A stretch of DNA of 64,000 bases, from positions 13,730,550 to 13,794,549 of the forward strand of contig NC_090404.1 of NCBI RefSeq assembly GCF_036365525.1. The letters run 5' to 3'. Positions 24,590 through 35,589 of the stretch are shown here, piece by piece. The DNA is from Heterodontus francisci (taxonomy: Eukaryota). The stretch's first letter is position 1, and every line of letters begins with the position of its first letter. The notes under the pieces are model-generated. The model was not told the DNA's origin. It ran no database searches and saw only the letters and a program-made list of their open reading frames with translations. A program made the translations under genes and the position numbers.

Positions 24590-25860
24590 CACTTAGAATC
24601 ATAGAAAGTGTAGCACAGAAAGAGGCCACTTGGCCCATTGTGTCTGCGTTGGCTGAAAAACGATCCACCCATTCTAATCCCACCTTCCAGCATTTGGTCC
24701 GTAGCCCTGCAGATTACGGCACTTGAGGTGCATAGCCAGACTCCTCTTGAATGAGTTAAGGGTTTTTGCCTCAACTACCCTCTCAGGCAGTGGGTTCCAG
24801 ACACCCCAACACCCTCTGGGTAAAGCAAACCTTTCCTCATCTCTCCTCTAATCTTGCCACCAGTCACGTAAAATCTATGCCCCCTAGTCACTGACCTCTG
24901 TGCTAATGTGAATAGGACCTTCATCTCCACTCTATCAAGGCCCCTCAACATTTTGTACATTTCAAGCAGATCTCCACTTAGTCTTCTCTGTTCCAAGGAG
25001 AACAACCCCAGCTTATCCAATCTTTCCTAATATCTGCATTTTTCCAGTCCCGGCAACATCCTCATAAATCTGCTCTGTACCCTCTCTAGTCTAATTACAT
25101 TCTTTCTGTAATGAGGTGACCAGAACTGCACATAGTACTCAAGGTATGGCCTAACCAATGAATTATACAGTTCCAGCATAACCTCCCTGCTCTTATATTA
25201 TATACCTCGGCTAATAAAGGGAAGGATTACTTATGCATTCTTAACCACCTTATCGCCCTGTCCTGCTACTTTCAGGGATCTGTGGACATTCACTCCAAAG
25301 TCCCTCACTTCCTCTATACCTCTCAGTATTCTCCAATTAATTGTGTATTCCTTTGTCTTCTTTCACTTCCGCAAATGCATCACCTCACACTTCTCCAAGT
25401 TCAATTTTATTTGCCACTTTTCTGCCCATCTGTCCAGACCATCAATATCTTCCTGCAGCCTACAGCTATCCTTCTTGTGATCTACCACATGGCCAATCTT
25501 TGTGTCGTCTGCAAACGTTTTGATCATGCCCCCTACATTTACGTCAAATCGTTAATATATACCTCAAAACACAGGGGACCCAGTACTGAGCCCTGCAGAA
25601 CGCCACTGGAAACAGCCCTCCAGTCGCAAAAACACGCGTCAACAATTACCCTTTATTTCTTGCCACTTAGCCAATTTTGCATCCACCTTGCTATATTTCT
25701 CTGGATCCCGTGGGATTTTTTTTTACCAGTCTGCCATGTGGGATCTTTGCAAAAGCCTTGCTACAATCCACGTAGACCACATCAACTCCACCATCTCATC
25801 TATCTTCCCTGTTACTTCATCAAAAAATTCGATCAAGTTGATCAGGCAAAATCTTCCCTT
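24590..25860 (-). mobile_element. CR1-clade LINE 3' fragment in the J-CH1 intron
   Basis: LFSLEQRRLSGDL and CLINLIEFFDEVT motifs. Confidence 0.8.
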
Positions 25861-26537
25861 ACAGCAATGGTCAACTACAGAGGAAATTGCCCTGCACATT
25901 GCCCCATCACACGCTCCCAGGAAATACACAGCACATACTAGGTATAGAGTAAAGCAGCACATTGTCCATTTAAGTTGTTAAAATAAGTTCCAGTCACCCA
26001 TCAGATCAGAAAAACGCTGCTCTCTGAAGCATTGCAGTCACTCCTAGAAACGGTTTGTTCTGAAATTTAGTTCTTTATCCGTGGAATGTTATGCAACAAT
26101 TAACTGATACGCAAACTGCTGAAATTTACCATTTTTATGACAAACTTCTAAGTGCTTTATAAAACAAAAGGTAAAACTAAATTAATGCATGGTTGTTTCA
26201 TCGAAGGAATGGGATGATTTATTTTTATATATCTGCCCCGGGAACTCACAACTTAATAGTTAAATGCAGGTTAAAGTTCTCTGAACCCTATTGGACAAAG
26301 TTCTCCCAGAGTAATTATAGCACAGATTATACAGGGTAGACATCCTGCCGTGCACTGTCAGGTCAGTCATAGCAAGAGGTGAATACAGAGTAAGGTTCCC
26401 CGAAACTGTACAGTCAGACCATCTGGGTCAAATGTAGTAATGTTTGGATGCAAAATAATACTCCCCCGATACTGTCCAGTCAGATTTACTGGGTCATTTG
26501 ATACAGAGAAAAGCTTCCTTTACACTGTTCAGTCACT

Positions 26538-27745
26538 CATAGAAACATAGAAAATAGGAGCAGGAGTAGACCATTCGGCCCTTCGAGCCTGCTCCGCCAT
26601 TCATTATGATCATGGCTGATCATCCAACTCAGTAGCCTGTTCCCGCTTTCACCCCATACCCTTTGATCCCTTTAGACCCATGAGCTATATCTAACTCCAT
26701 TTTGAAAACACACAATGTTTTGGCCTCAACTGCTTTCTGTGGTAGCGAACTCCACAGGTTCACCACTCTATGGGTGAAGAAATTTCTCCTCATCTCAGTC
26801 CTGAAAGGTTTACCCCATATCCTTAGACTATGACCACTGGTTATGGAGTCCCCCACGATCGGGAAGATCCTTCCTGCATCTACCCTGTCAAGTCCTGTTA
26901 GAATTTTATAGGTTTCTATGAGATTTCCCCCTCACTCTTTTAAACTCCAGCGAAAATAATCCTACCAGACTCAATCTCTCCTCATAGGTCAGTCCTGCCA
27001 TCCCAGGAACCAGTCTGGTAAACCTTCGCTGCACTCCCTCTATAACAAAAACATCTTTCCTCAGATAAGGAGACCAAAAGTGCACACAATATTCCAGGTA
27101 TAGCCTCATCAAGGCCCTGGATAATTGCAGCAATCCCTGCTTCTGTACTCGAATCCGCTCGCTATGAAGGACAACATACCATTTGCCTTTTTTATTACCG
27201 CCTGTTGCACGTGCATGCTTACCTTCAGCGACTTGTGTACGAGAACACCCAGGTCTCGCTGTATATTCTCCTCTCTCAGTTTATAGCCGTTCAGATAATT
27301 ATCTGCCTTCCTGTTTTTGCTACCAAAGTGGATAACCTCACATTTATCCACATTATACTGCATCTGCCATGCATTAGCCCATTCACTTAACTTGTCCAAA
27401 TCACCCTGAAGTCTCTCTGTATCCTCCTCACAACTCACCCTCCCACCCAGTTTTGTGTCATCTGCAAATTTGGAGATATTACATTTAGTTCCCTCATCTA
27501 AATCATTAATGTATATTGTGAATAGCTGGGGTCCTAGCACAGATCCCTGGGGTACCCCACTTGTCATTGCCTGCCATTCGGAAAAAGACCCATTTATCCC
27601 TATTTTTTGTTTCCTGTCCACCAACCAATTTTCTAACCATCTCAATACACTACCCCCAATCCCATGCGCTTTAATTTTACATGCTAATCTCTTATGTGGG
27701 ACTTTGTCGAAAGCCTTCTGAAAGTCCAAATAAACCACATCCACT
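26538..27745 (-). mobile_element. CR1-clade LINE 3' fragment (relatively intact RT)
   Basis: ORF 27109-27744 with YLDFQKAFDKVPH, GVPQGSVLGP, FADDTK. Confidence 0.9.
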
Positions 27746-30700
27746 CTCAGGGCATGTACGGTACACGTTAGGAACTGATTAAACCTACTTCAGCACTTTG
27801 TACTGCTTCTCAAATTCTCTTCCTAAATGTCACAAACTGGGTTACAGATTTCTGAGGATCATCCTGAAATTTAAGTAAAAATTTAACATTTTTCATTGAT
27901 GCAGATGCTTAAAAAATGGGCCAAATTGGAAAGGAACCAGAAGGTTTACAACCAGACAGGGGGCCTCCTGATTCTCATACAGTAAGCAATCATACAGAAA
28001 CAGAACGGATACAAATGGTGACACAATCGTGCTCTCTGCAGATAGACCTATTTAATTTGTCAATTTCAGTGAAGCTGTTTGATTTCCAATTTATCTCTTG
28101 TCAATTTCCGACCGCATCATGTCTTTCCATTCTGTGAAATTCAACTGATATTAATTTGAAAAAACTCACTTCGACTTCCAACATTGTCTACTTCTCTATG
28201 GAAGATTTAATTTCTCCAAAAAATATTTCGGAAATAATTCACATTACAGGAACATTTGCTGCCCATCAGAGGGACTCAATGACAGGGTAAGAATTCAATA
28301 AACCAGGGAACATTTACATTGTGAGCCGATTACTCAATGGTTTGATATAATTTCACAATTAACTATAACCAATAAAATTAGAGAGGCAAATGAGGAAGCT
28401 AATTTATATAATAAAATCTGCAATGATACCTAAGGAATCGAGCTCAGCTGAATAAAACTCGATTGTTGTCTCAATTAGTTTTGACGCTATTAAAATTCTC
28501 TTCACATCTTCAGATTTTGCATTAACTGTAATCCTGTTCATTATGTGCAACAATTGTATGAGACATTTCTATTTAATGCATGAACACTGACACTATATTC
28601 GCTCTTAATATCCCATGCTAACTGATGATATATTGTATCATGTTAAAAATAGTTAATATTCAATTTAACCCTGTTTGCGCCTGGCAGCTTGTGAAATATG
28701 AGGGTTGTAATCTAATTAGCATGAAACTTGATCAATACTAACATGCTAACCATCATATTAATACATTAATATATTGGGGAAAAAAAACTATTTTACTTCC
28801 ATCAAACTACATTTAAATAATTTGAAATGATCACTAACTTCCACTAATGCCCTGCTGTCTATCCGCACCGTGTAACCTTTGCATGTTTTGAACGCGCTTA
28901 TATAATCCAACCTCCTTCTGTTCTCCGTATGTATTTTACAGAAGCAAGTTAGGAGTGGGCTATTTTAAATAGTTCAAAGTCTGACGGAGGTGTGGAAGGA
29001 ACATCTCACTAACTGACGATGGACTATGATATTGTCTGTTTACTAAAATCTGGGACTTCGCATTTAGATATTGCCTACAATGTTAACTATGAACATAATT
29101 TTGATTAACTAAAATGCGCAGGACGGTTTGCGGCCAGGAATCGTGCCACCGTTATTTAACACAGAAAGTCGCCCGTATTTTTCTCCCAGAATTCACATAA
29201 ACGCCGCTATTTAATTATTATACATAGTCAACTATTTATTGAAATGATCCGTGTAAAACTGGACCAAAACAATTCATTCAGCTCATCTGCGACACTGACG
29301 CTGAATGAATAAATGGAAGAGAGACTTTGTTGATCAATTTTATATCAATGAGAGTTAAACGTAACACTCAGATATGTACATTGTCCATAATTCTACCCTA
29401 TGTACAGCACAACTACGGAGATAGGATCGTGTTATTAATTAAAAAAAAACTTTTGTAATTAAATAAATCTGTTTGAATTTAAATGGGTTATTTGTCTGAT
29501 TCGAGCTTTACGCAATCTGCACATGCCTTGAATTTAAATAGAACTATTTGAACAATTCCTTGACTCCGACGTTTAACTCTCAGCTCATTATCTTGCAAAC
29601 TGTTCAATATTAGTTTATCGATAATTGCCTCACCATTCAGCAAGAAACAGCGTTCAAGGAATAACATTGTTTCGACTGTGCAATAATATAATAAATCATA
29701 AAACACAACAATATAACAAATTGACTAATTGCAATGTACAACTCCCATTTAAGTTATAATCAAATATAATTTGTCAGTCATCTGTCTAAAACAGGACGAT
29801 AACCATTAATCAAAATTCGATCATCAAATCCACAGTGCTGAAATCACTATGATGTTAAATAATTTCAGGCAGATTTAAAAACTATCTGTATCTACTAAAA
29901 TGTTTCACTCATTGTGCCCACTATACAGTCGAGTGGAAGGCGAATAATGTTTGTTAAGTTGATATTGCTAGCTCATTACATTGGGAGCTATTATCCAATT
30001 TTAAAACGTTTCAGTTATATTAAATTGATTCTCCATCATATTGCAATCTCGGTAATTGCATAGTTCTCACAGACAATAACTTCATGCAATACATATGAAC
30101 GCCGTCAGGCATAGATTGATTGTAGAATCTGTAATCATCACGTAAAAAGAGTATATTAAAATATCTTTGAACGAATTTGGCTTTCTACAGCCGCCAGGCT
30201 CTTTACCTACAATGTTCTTTCAAACAGTTTAAACACATCTACAATTTGCATTGCAGCAGCAGCTCGATGCCACCGAGATTAAACATTGCTGAAACGCCAG
30301 GGTTTCACAAAATTTAGTGCTCAAAGGAACCCAGACACAAATTCGCCTCAGCAGATAAACATCAAATCACATCACTGTTGGGCTGAATCCCGCAACGGAA
30401 CATTTCACGGAGAAGCATCTTAATTCTACAAACCCTTTCAACAGAGTCAAATGTAGCATTGAAAACAAAAGAGAATTCACGGAAACCGCCTCTCACTGAA
30501 ATAATTGATTATTAAAATAAATATGAAAAAAATTGGAAGAGAATTGTGAGTGGACGGTTCATGTTTAATAAATTAGCATTGGTTGTGTAGTGATATTATT
30601 ACGTGACTATATTTTACATTATATTAATGTAAACTGAATCCAGGCTGGAAATGTCCTAATTACATGGTATTAGACTAACATATGTTAAAATATATTTCAA

Positions 30701-31116
30701 CTGCATTGACCTCTAAAACTTTGTTTTCTGCCTACCATTATATTTCAAAAACAATGAAACATAATGTTTGCATTTGATTAGAAAACCGGCAACAACTCGA
30801 TTTCACCGAGATCAAACATTGTGGAAGCGTCAAACACTTTCACAACAGTGAGCTATTGAATGTAACCCGGGCACACAGTCTCGTCATCAGATAAACGCCA
30901 AATCACACTAAACAGGGTTCAGTCTCTCAACAGCACGATTTATGGAGCAGTAGTTTAATTCTATGATCCCTTTGCAGCAGAATCAAATGGAACATTGCAT
31001 AAAATCACAAAACAGAATCCACCAAACGAATGTATCAGTGAACTAATATACTATCAAAATAATCAGATATAAATTACACAGATACAACAGGTACCGAATG
31101 AAGACATGTTTCTTAC

Positions 31117-31168
31117 CTGCAATGACAGTCACCGTGGTTCCCTGTCCCCAGTAGTCCAAAGCGTACCC
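31117..31168 (-). CDS. IGHJ: IgH J segment, probably germline-joined D-J (cluster 1)
   Basis: GYALDYWGQGTTVTVIA + G|gtaaga; WGxG motif; phase matches CH1. Confidence 0.92.
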
Positions 31169-31196
31169 CACAGCGAGGCACACAATGCCAAATACT
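31169..31196 (+). other. 12-bp-spacer RSS preceding the (D)J segment
   Basis: CACAGCG (31169-31175), 12-nt spacer aggcacacaatg, CCAAATACT (31188-31196; 6/9 match to the nonamer). Confidence 0.7.
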
Positions 31197-31508
31197 GTGA
31201 GGACTTTTAACTGTAAAATACAGAGATTAAATTCAACAGCGCTTTCATAAACCTGATTCTGACTTCCTTAACAGTGCATCAGTGAGATATTTCAGTTGAT
31301 GCTGCTAATTATATTTATAAAACGGATTGGAATACCACTGAAACTTCTGTACAAATTCATCAGGACCATCAACATTAATAAAGCGGAGACTTTTATACAT
31401 TTTACAAGGCTAACCATTATTAACTTCTAACCGTTATTTTTAAGCCTCATTTCATTCGATGTTCCTGTGGTGGTCCTGATCACAGAATTGAGCAATCCCC
31501 CTCTCTGG

Positions 31509-31546
31509 GGTTTATGTATGAGGAGCTCATGGTGTCTAACACCGTG
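31509..31546 (-). other. 22-bp-spacer RSS of the VH
   Basis: CACGGTG (31546-31540), 22 nt, ACATAAACC (31517-31509). Confidence 0.9.
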
Positions 31547-31850
31547 GATCCTCTTGCGCAGTAATACCTGGCAGTGTCTTCGGTCCTCAGATTTTGGATC
31601 TCAATATAGCTTGTGGAAGAGGTTCTTGAAGGGACAATGCGACCTCGGACTCCAGGCGCGTAATAATTGGTATCGGACGGTTTTCTGTAAGCAAGCAGCC
31701 ACTCCATCGTCTTCCCTGGAACTTGTCTAACCCAGTGCACGTGATTGTTATCCAGACTGAATCCGTTCACGGAGCAGGAGAGTTTATGAGATTCTCCAGG
31801 ATTTTTCGTCACCGAAGCCGACTGGTGCAGCACAATATCGGATTGAGCAT
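31547..31850 (-). CDS. IGHV: IgH V exon, IgW-like sequence, intact
   Basis: actggcag| (Y)AQS-DIVLHQSASVTKNPGESHKLSCSVNGFSLDNNHVHWVRQVPGKTMEWLLAYRKPSDTNYYAPGVRGRIVPSRTSSTSYIEIQNLRTEDTARYYCARG; canonical Cys, Trp and YYCAR. Confidence 0.95.
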
Positions 31851-31963
31851 CTGCCAGTGAATGAAAAAAAAAACAATTGCATTGGATAACATTCAAATCA
31901 ATGAATAGAAATAAAAACACTGCTGACTTCTGTTGTGTCATTCATTTAGTCTCGAACACTCAC

Positions 31964-32009
31964 AGCTGAAGCAGGCCAGCAACACACAGAGACACGGGGC
32001 AAGTCCCAT
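31964..32009 (-). CDS. IGHV: VH leader exon
   Basis: MGLAPCLCVLLACFS + T|gtgagt; 46 nt phase 1; 113-nt intron. Confidence 0.93.
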
Positions 32010-32103
32010 CGTTTGGTCTGTCGGTATAACTAACTCGGCGACTGTATCTCTGCGCCTCAACAACGCCTCCTGATTGTGAACTTGGAGCTGAATCATCCCC
32101 CCA

Positions 32104-32200
32104 TTTATACTGGCTGGAACCGGAAGTGTATGTGTGGCAGTGGGGTGTGGGCGAGGGGTGGGGGAGTGGTGGGGGTGGTTTTGGGGAGGGGGGAGTGCAG
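32104..32200 (-). promoter_or_regulatory. VH promoter: TATA box, ETS site, G/C-rich tract; no octamer
   Basis: TATAAA (minus 32109-32104), CCGGAAGT 32120-32127, G-run tract 32141-32195; TCR-type decamer AGTGATGTCA further upstream (minus 32839-32830). Confidence 0.6.
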
Positions 32201-32439
32201 AGAGGGCTGCGCAGTGGGATTAACAGTCCCTCCCAAGCAGCAGCCTGACTCCTCCACTGTTTTCCTGTCTGAGTCCAGTTGTGTAAAAAGTAATTAACCG
32301 TTAAAAATCTTTGTTCTTTGTCCGTTCCCCCAAATTATCTTGACTTTGATTGTAAATTTATTGTTGGGGATTATAAAACACCTATCCAAAAGAGATTTAG
32401 TTTAACTTTGAATCAGTGTGAGGATTTACATTCCCAATA

Positions 32440-32750
32440 AACATCCCACATTTACTCAGTGTCCAACTCTTCGCATATGGTCGTAAAAGATCCCATGGAG
32501 TTATTTCGAAGAAGAGCAGAGGAGTTCTCCCCGATATCCTGAAGCCAATATTCATCCCTTAGGCAACATCACTAATTCACATATTCTGGTCATTTATCAC
32601 AGTGCAGTTTGTTGGATCTTGCTGTGTGTAAATGTACGGGCACGTTTCCCTAAAGCACAATGATGATTATACTTACGAAAAGATAATTTGTTATAAAGAG
32701 CTTCTAGACCTCCTGAGGTCTTGAAAGGCGTTATATTAATGTATTTTTTC
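32440..32750 (+). mobile_element. DeuSINE-like fragment
   Basis: cgtaaaagatcccatgg..tatttcgaagaagagcag..ctggtcatt..cctgaggtc.tgaaaggcg.tata motif chain. Confidence 0.6.
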
Positions 32751-34489
32751 CCTGCTTAGCCCCTCTTTGTGGAATAGAAGGTAAAAGGATATATTTGTCC
32801 CGGTTCTGGGAGAAGCGAAAGTTTGGAAATGACATCACTTTTTGTCAGCTATCATCCATCGACAAATTTACAGCTCCACTTTCATACAATCGACCCTGAA
32901 TTGGTCACTGATCTCTGTTCACCTGTGTGAATATTGTCATTCTGCTCCACGCTGAACAATAAGAAATGGTCAAAGCTGAGCTTTACATCTGTCGATATGG
33001 GTGTGATGAGACTGCACAACCCACCTGAGCCCTGTTGGGGTGCGAATGAAATTGCGTTGCCTTCCTTTCTAAACGCAGTAACTTTCATGATCTACATGAC
33101 ATGAAATTTCCCTGAACATTGGGGTTAAACAGATTAACTCCTTTGCACGTGTAAACATCACATATTTAATGTTATGCTAGTGTGAATCACTTAAAGGAGA
33201 AATTACATTTGTTCTTTTGTGATATCATTAGTTTTAGGTGACACTTTAAATTTGCAGCAGAAAAGGGAAATTATTCAATTAAAAGTGGAAAATAGCATCA
33301 TCATCGTACACTTTGATTCAGTGTTGATCTTCACTCAGCTGTGGTCAACTATTCTAATGTCGAGTGCACGTCTTTGACAGCTGTGCTGGAGTATATTTCA
33401 TTTTTTAAATATAAAGGCTGCCAATTACAATTAGTCTAAAGTCTTACTGAACAACTAGAATTCCCAGTCACGGTCAGAGGCCTCAAGCTGGTACTGTAAG
33501 CCGGCAGACAGCGAGACATAAAGTCAAGTACAAAATTATCAATGGTACCAAAAACTGGTATCACATCGGTTATTCTTGCCATCATTTTATTTGCACCTCG
33601 CTATATTTCTGTGAGACCAGTACAGCTTATGTTTGCTTCAGCAGGACTGTAAAAGTGCACCACTTTAAATCAGTGTAAAATTGATTGTCATTAATTAATG
33701 TCTCAAACGCTTTGCTTTCACCTGATAGCATTTTACTCTGTTCTGCACATGTCATATAAAAATATATTTTAACGTCATGCCACAAGAAATGCATTTTCGA
33801 TTGACGTTGCTAAATTATTCACTAGCCAAAGAGTTAAATTGCACAATGTTCCGATCCACACTCAGTCACTCAGTGACAGAAATCCATCGTTTCACCGTCA
33901 GGGCGGGGCTAGAACTCAGAACATAATTTACAGGAAACATCTGTGGGTTCTGTACAGAAAAATAAATGAATGGTTTCCAGCCCACTGCTCAGAGACAGAA
34001 AGGCAGCTGTAACCCACCTATTATGAATAGACTCTATTTATACACAAATTTGCTCAGCAACAAAACTCGTCAACTGTGAAAACACATACCCATTGGTTCA
34101 TGGAGGTTCATTTGGAATGCTTGATAACCATATGAACTATTCCTGAGACCTATCTGGATGATGAGGAAGCAGAAATTCTGTCTCTAGATTCCTAGATTCT
34201 GTGTCTATCAGACACAGACATAGCAGGGAGCACAAACTCCGGAGATATTCACTGGAGTGCAGAAGTAGAAAATACATGTCCACGTTTATAGGTTAAACGG
34301 ATGAGTGGACAGTTTGAATCCCATGGTAAGCATGTGCCCCAAAATAATGGAAGATGCTGGGCAGGAAACAATGGAGCTAAAGATAAAAATAAGAGAGGAC
34401 TGTGGTAACAGAAATAGCGTGGAATTAGCAGAAAGGTGTTGTCACCTCCCAAATTCATGTCCACCTTTCCCAGAACTCCTTCCAATCAG

Positions 34490-35260
34490 GTTTTCGCCCC
34501 TGCCAAAGCACTGAAACTGCTCTTATCGAAGACACAAAAGGACATTCTATGGCACTGAGATAGTGGTAATCTATCGCTCCTTGACCTTCTCGTTCTGTCT
34601 GCAGGTATTGACATAGTTGATCATATCATATCCCTCTAACGCCTCTCCTTCGTCGTCCAGCTGAGTGGGACTGCACTCCCCTGGTTCCAATTCTATCTAT
34701 CCAGTGGTTGCTAAAGAATTGACTGCAATGGTTTCTCTTCCCTCTCCCTCACTGTTACCTCTGGTATCCACGAAGGAACTACCCATGCCCCCCTCCTATT
34801 TCTCCATCTGCATGATGCCCCTCGACTATAACATCCACCAGCACATCAGTTTCCACACATATGCTGATGACACCGATTTCCATCTCACCACCACCTCTCC
34901 CGATCTCTGCCTTTGATTTGTCAGGCTTCCTGCCAGACATGCAGTATTTCATGATAAGAGCTATCGTCCAACTAACTATTTCAAACACTGTAGTCATTAT
35001 TTTCGCTCCCTTCCAGCGACTCCGTTCCTTAGCTACTGACTTCATCCCTCTCCCTGACCAATATCTGAAGCTAAGATAGATTGTCCGCAACTTTGGTGTC
35101 CTAGATGACCCTGTGAAAAGCTTCTGGCCCCTTATCCATTCCATTGCCATGACTGCCTTCACCTACCTCCATACAATCACCCATCTCTGCTCTGCCTCAG
35201 TCTATCTGCTGCTGAAACAATCAGTCGTGCTTTGTTGAATATAGACTTGATTATTTTGAT
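34490..35260 (+). mobile_element. L2/CR1-superfamily LINE RT fragment
   Basis: STETAL..DLSA..D.VDH and FHTYADDT motifs. Confidence 0.7.
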
Positions 35261-35455
35261 GTCCCTCGCTCCCAGGTCATCTCTGGGAGATTGTTGTAGG
35301 ATTCATCCCATTCCTTCAGCACAGATATTACCTATATAATACCAGAGCAATTAGAAATTTCATTTGGTTGCTGACAACTATTTACAAGACTTAATGTGTT
35401 CTTCCATCCCCTCACCCACACAAATATATATCCTTACTTATATAAATACGTATCA

Positions 35456-35531
<76 letters not shown>

Positions 35532-35550
35532 ATCTATCTATCTGTCTATC
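35456..35550. repeat. (TATC)n microsatellite
   Basis: About 20 near-perfect tetramer units. Confidence 0.97.
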
Positions 35551-35589
35551 AGCGGTTGCACAGTGCATCAATATACTACAAACAAAGTA

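Noticed and set aside
23500-31116. Mammalian-type switch (S) region in the J-C intron
   Set aside because: No dense GAGCT/GGGGT pentamer array; only LINEs and a degenerate dispersed minisatellite.
31181-31219. Alternative J RSS using heptamer CACAATG with a 22/23 spacer
   Set aside because: The sequence at the nonamer position (ctgtaaaat / actgtaaaa) is a poor match, and the J would begin with an odd CLAV extension; the 12-RSS reading fits better.
31197-31508. Conventional D1 and D2 segments
   Set aside because: No short segment flanked by facing heptamer-nonamer pairs was found, and the interval is too short for two D segments at normal spacing.
33440-33660. Possible V relic (SWYCKPADS..AYVC)
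   Set aside because: Only scattered tripeptide resemblance; cannot be supported.
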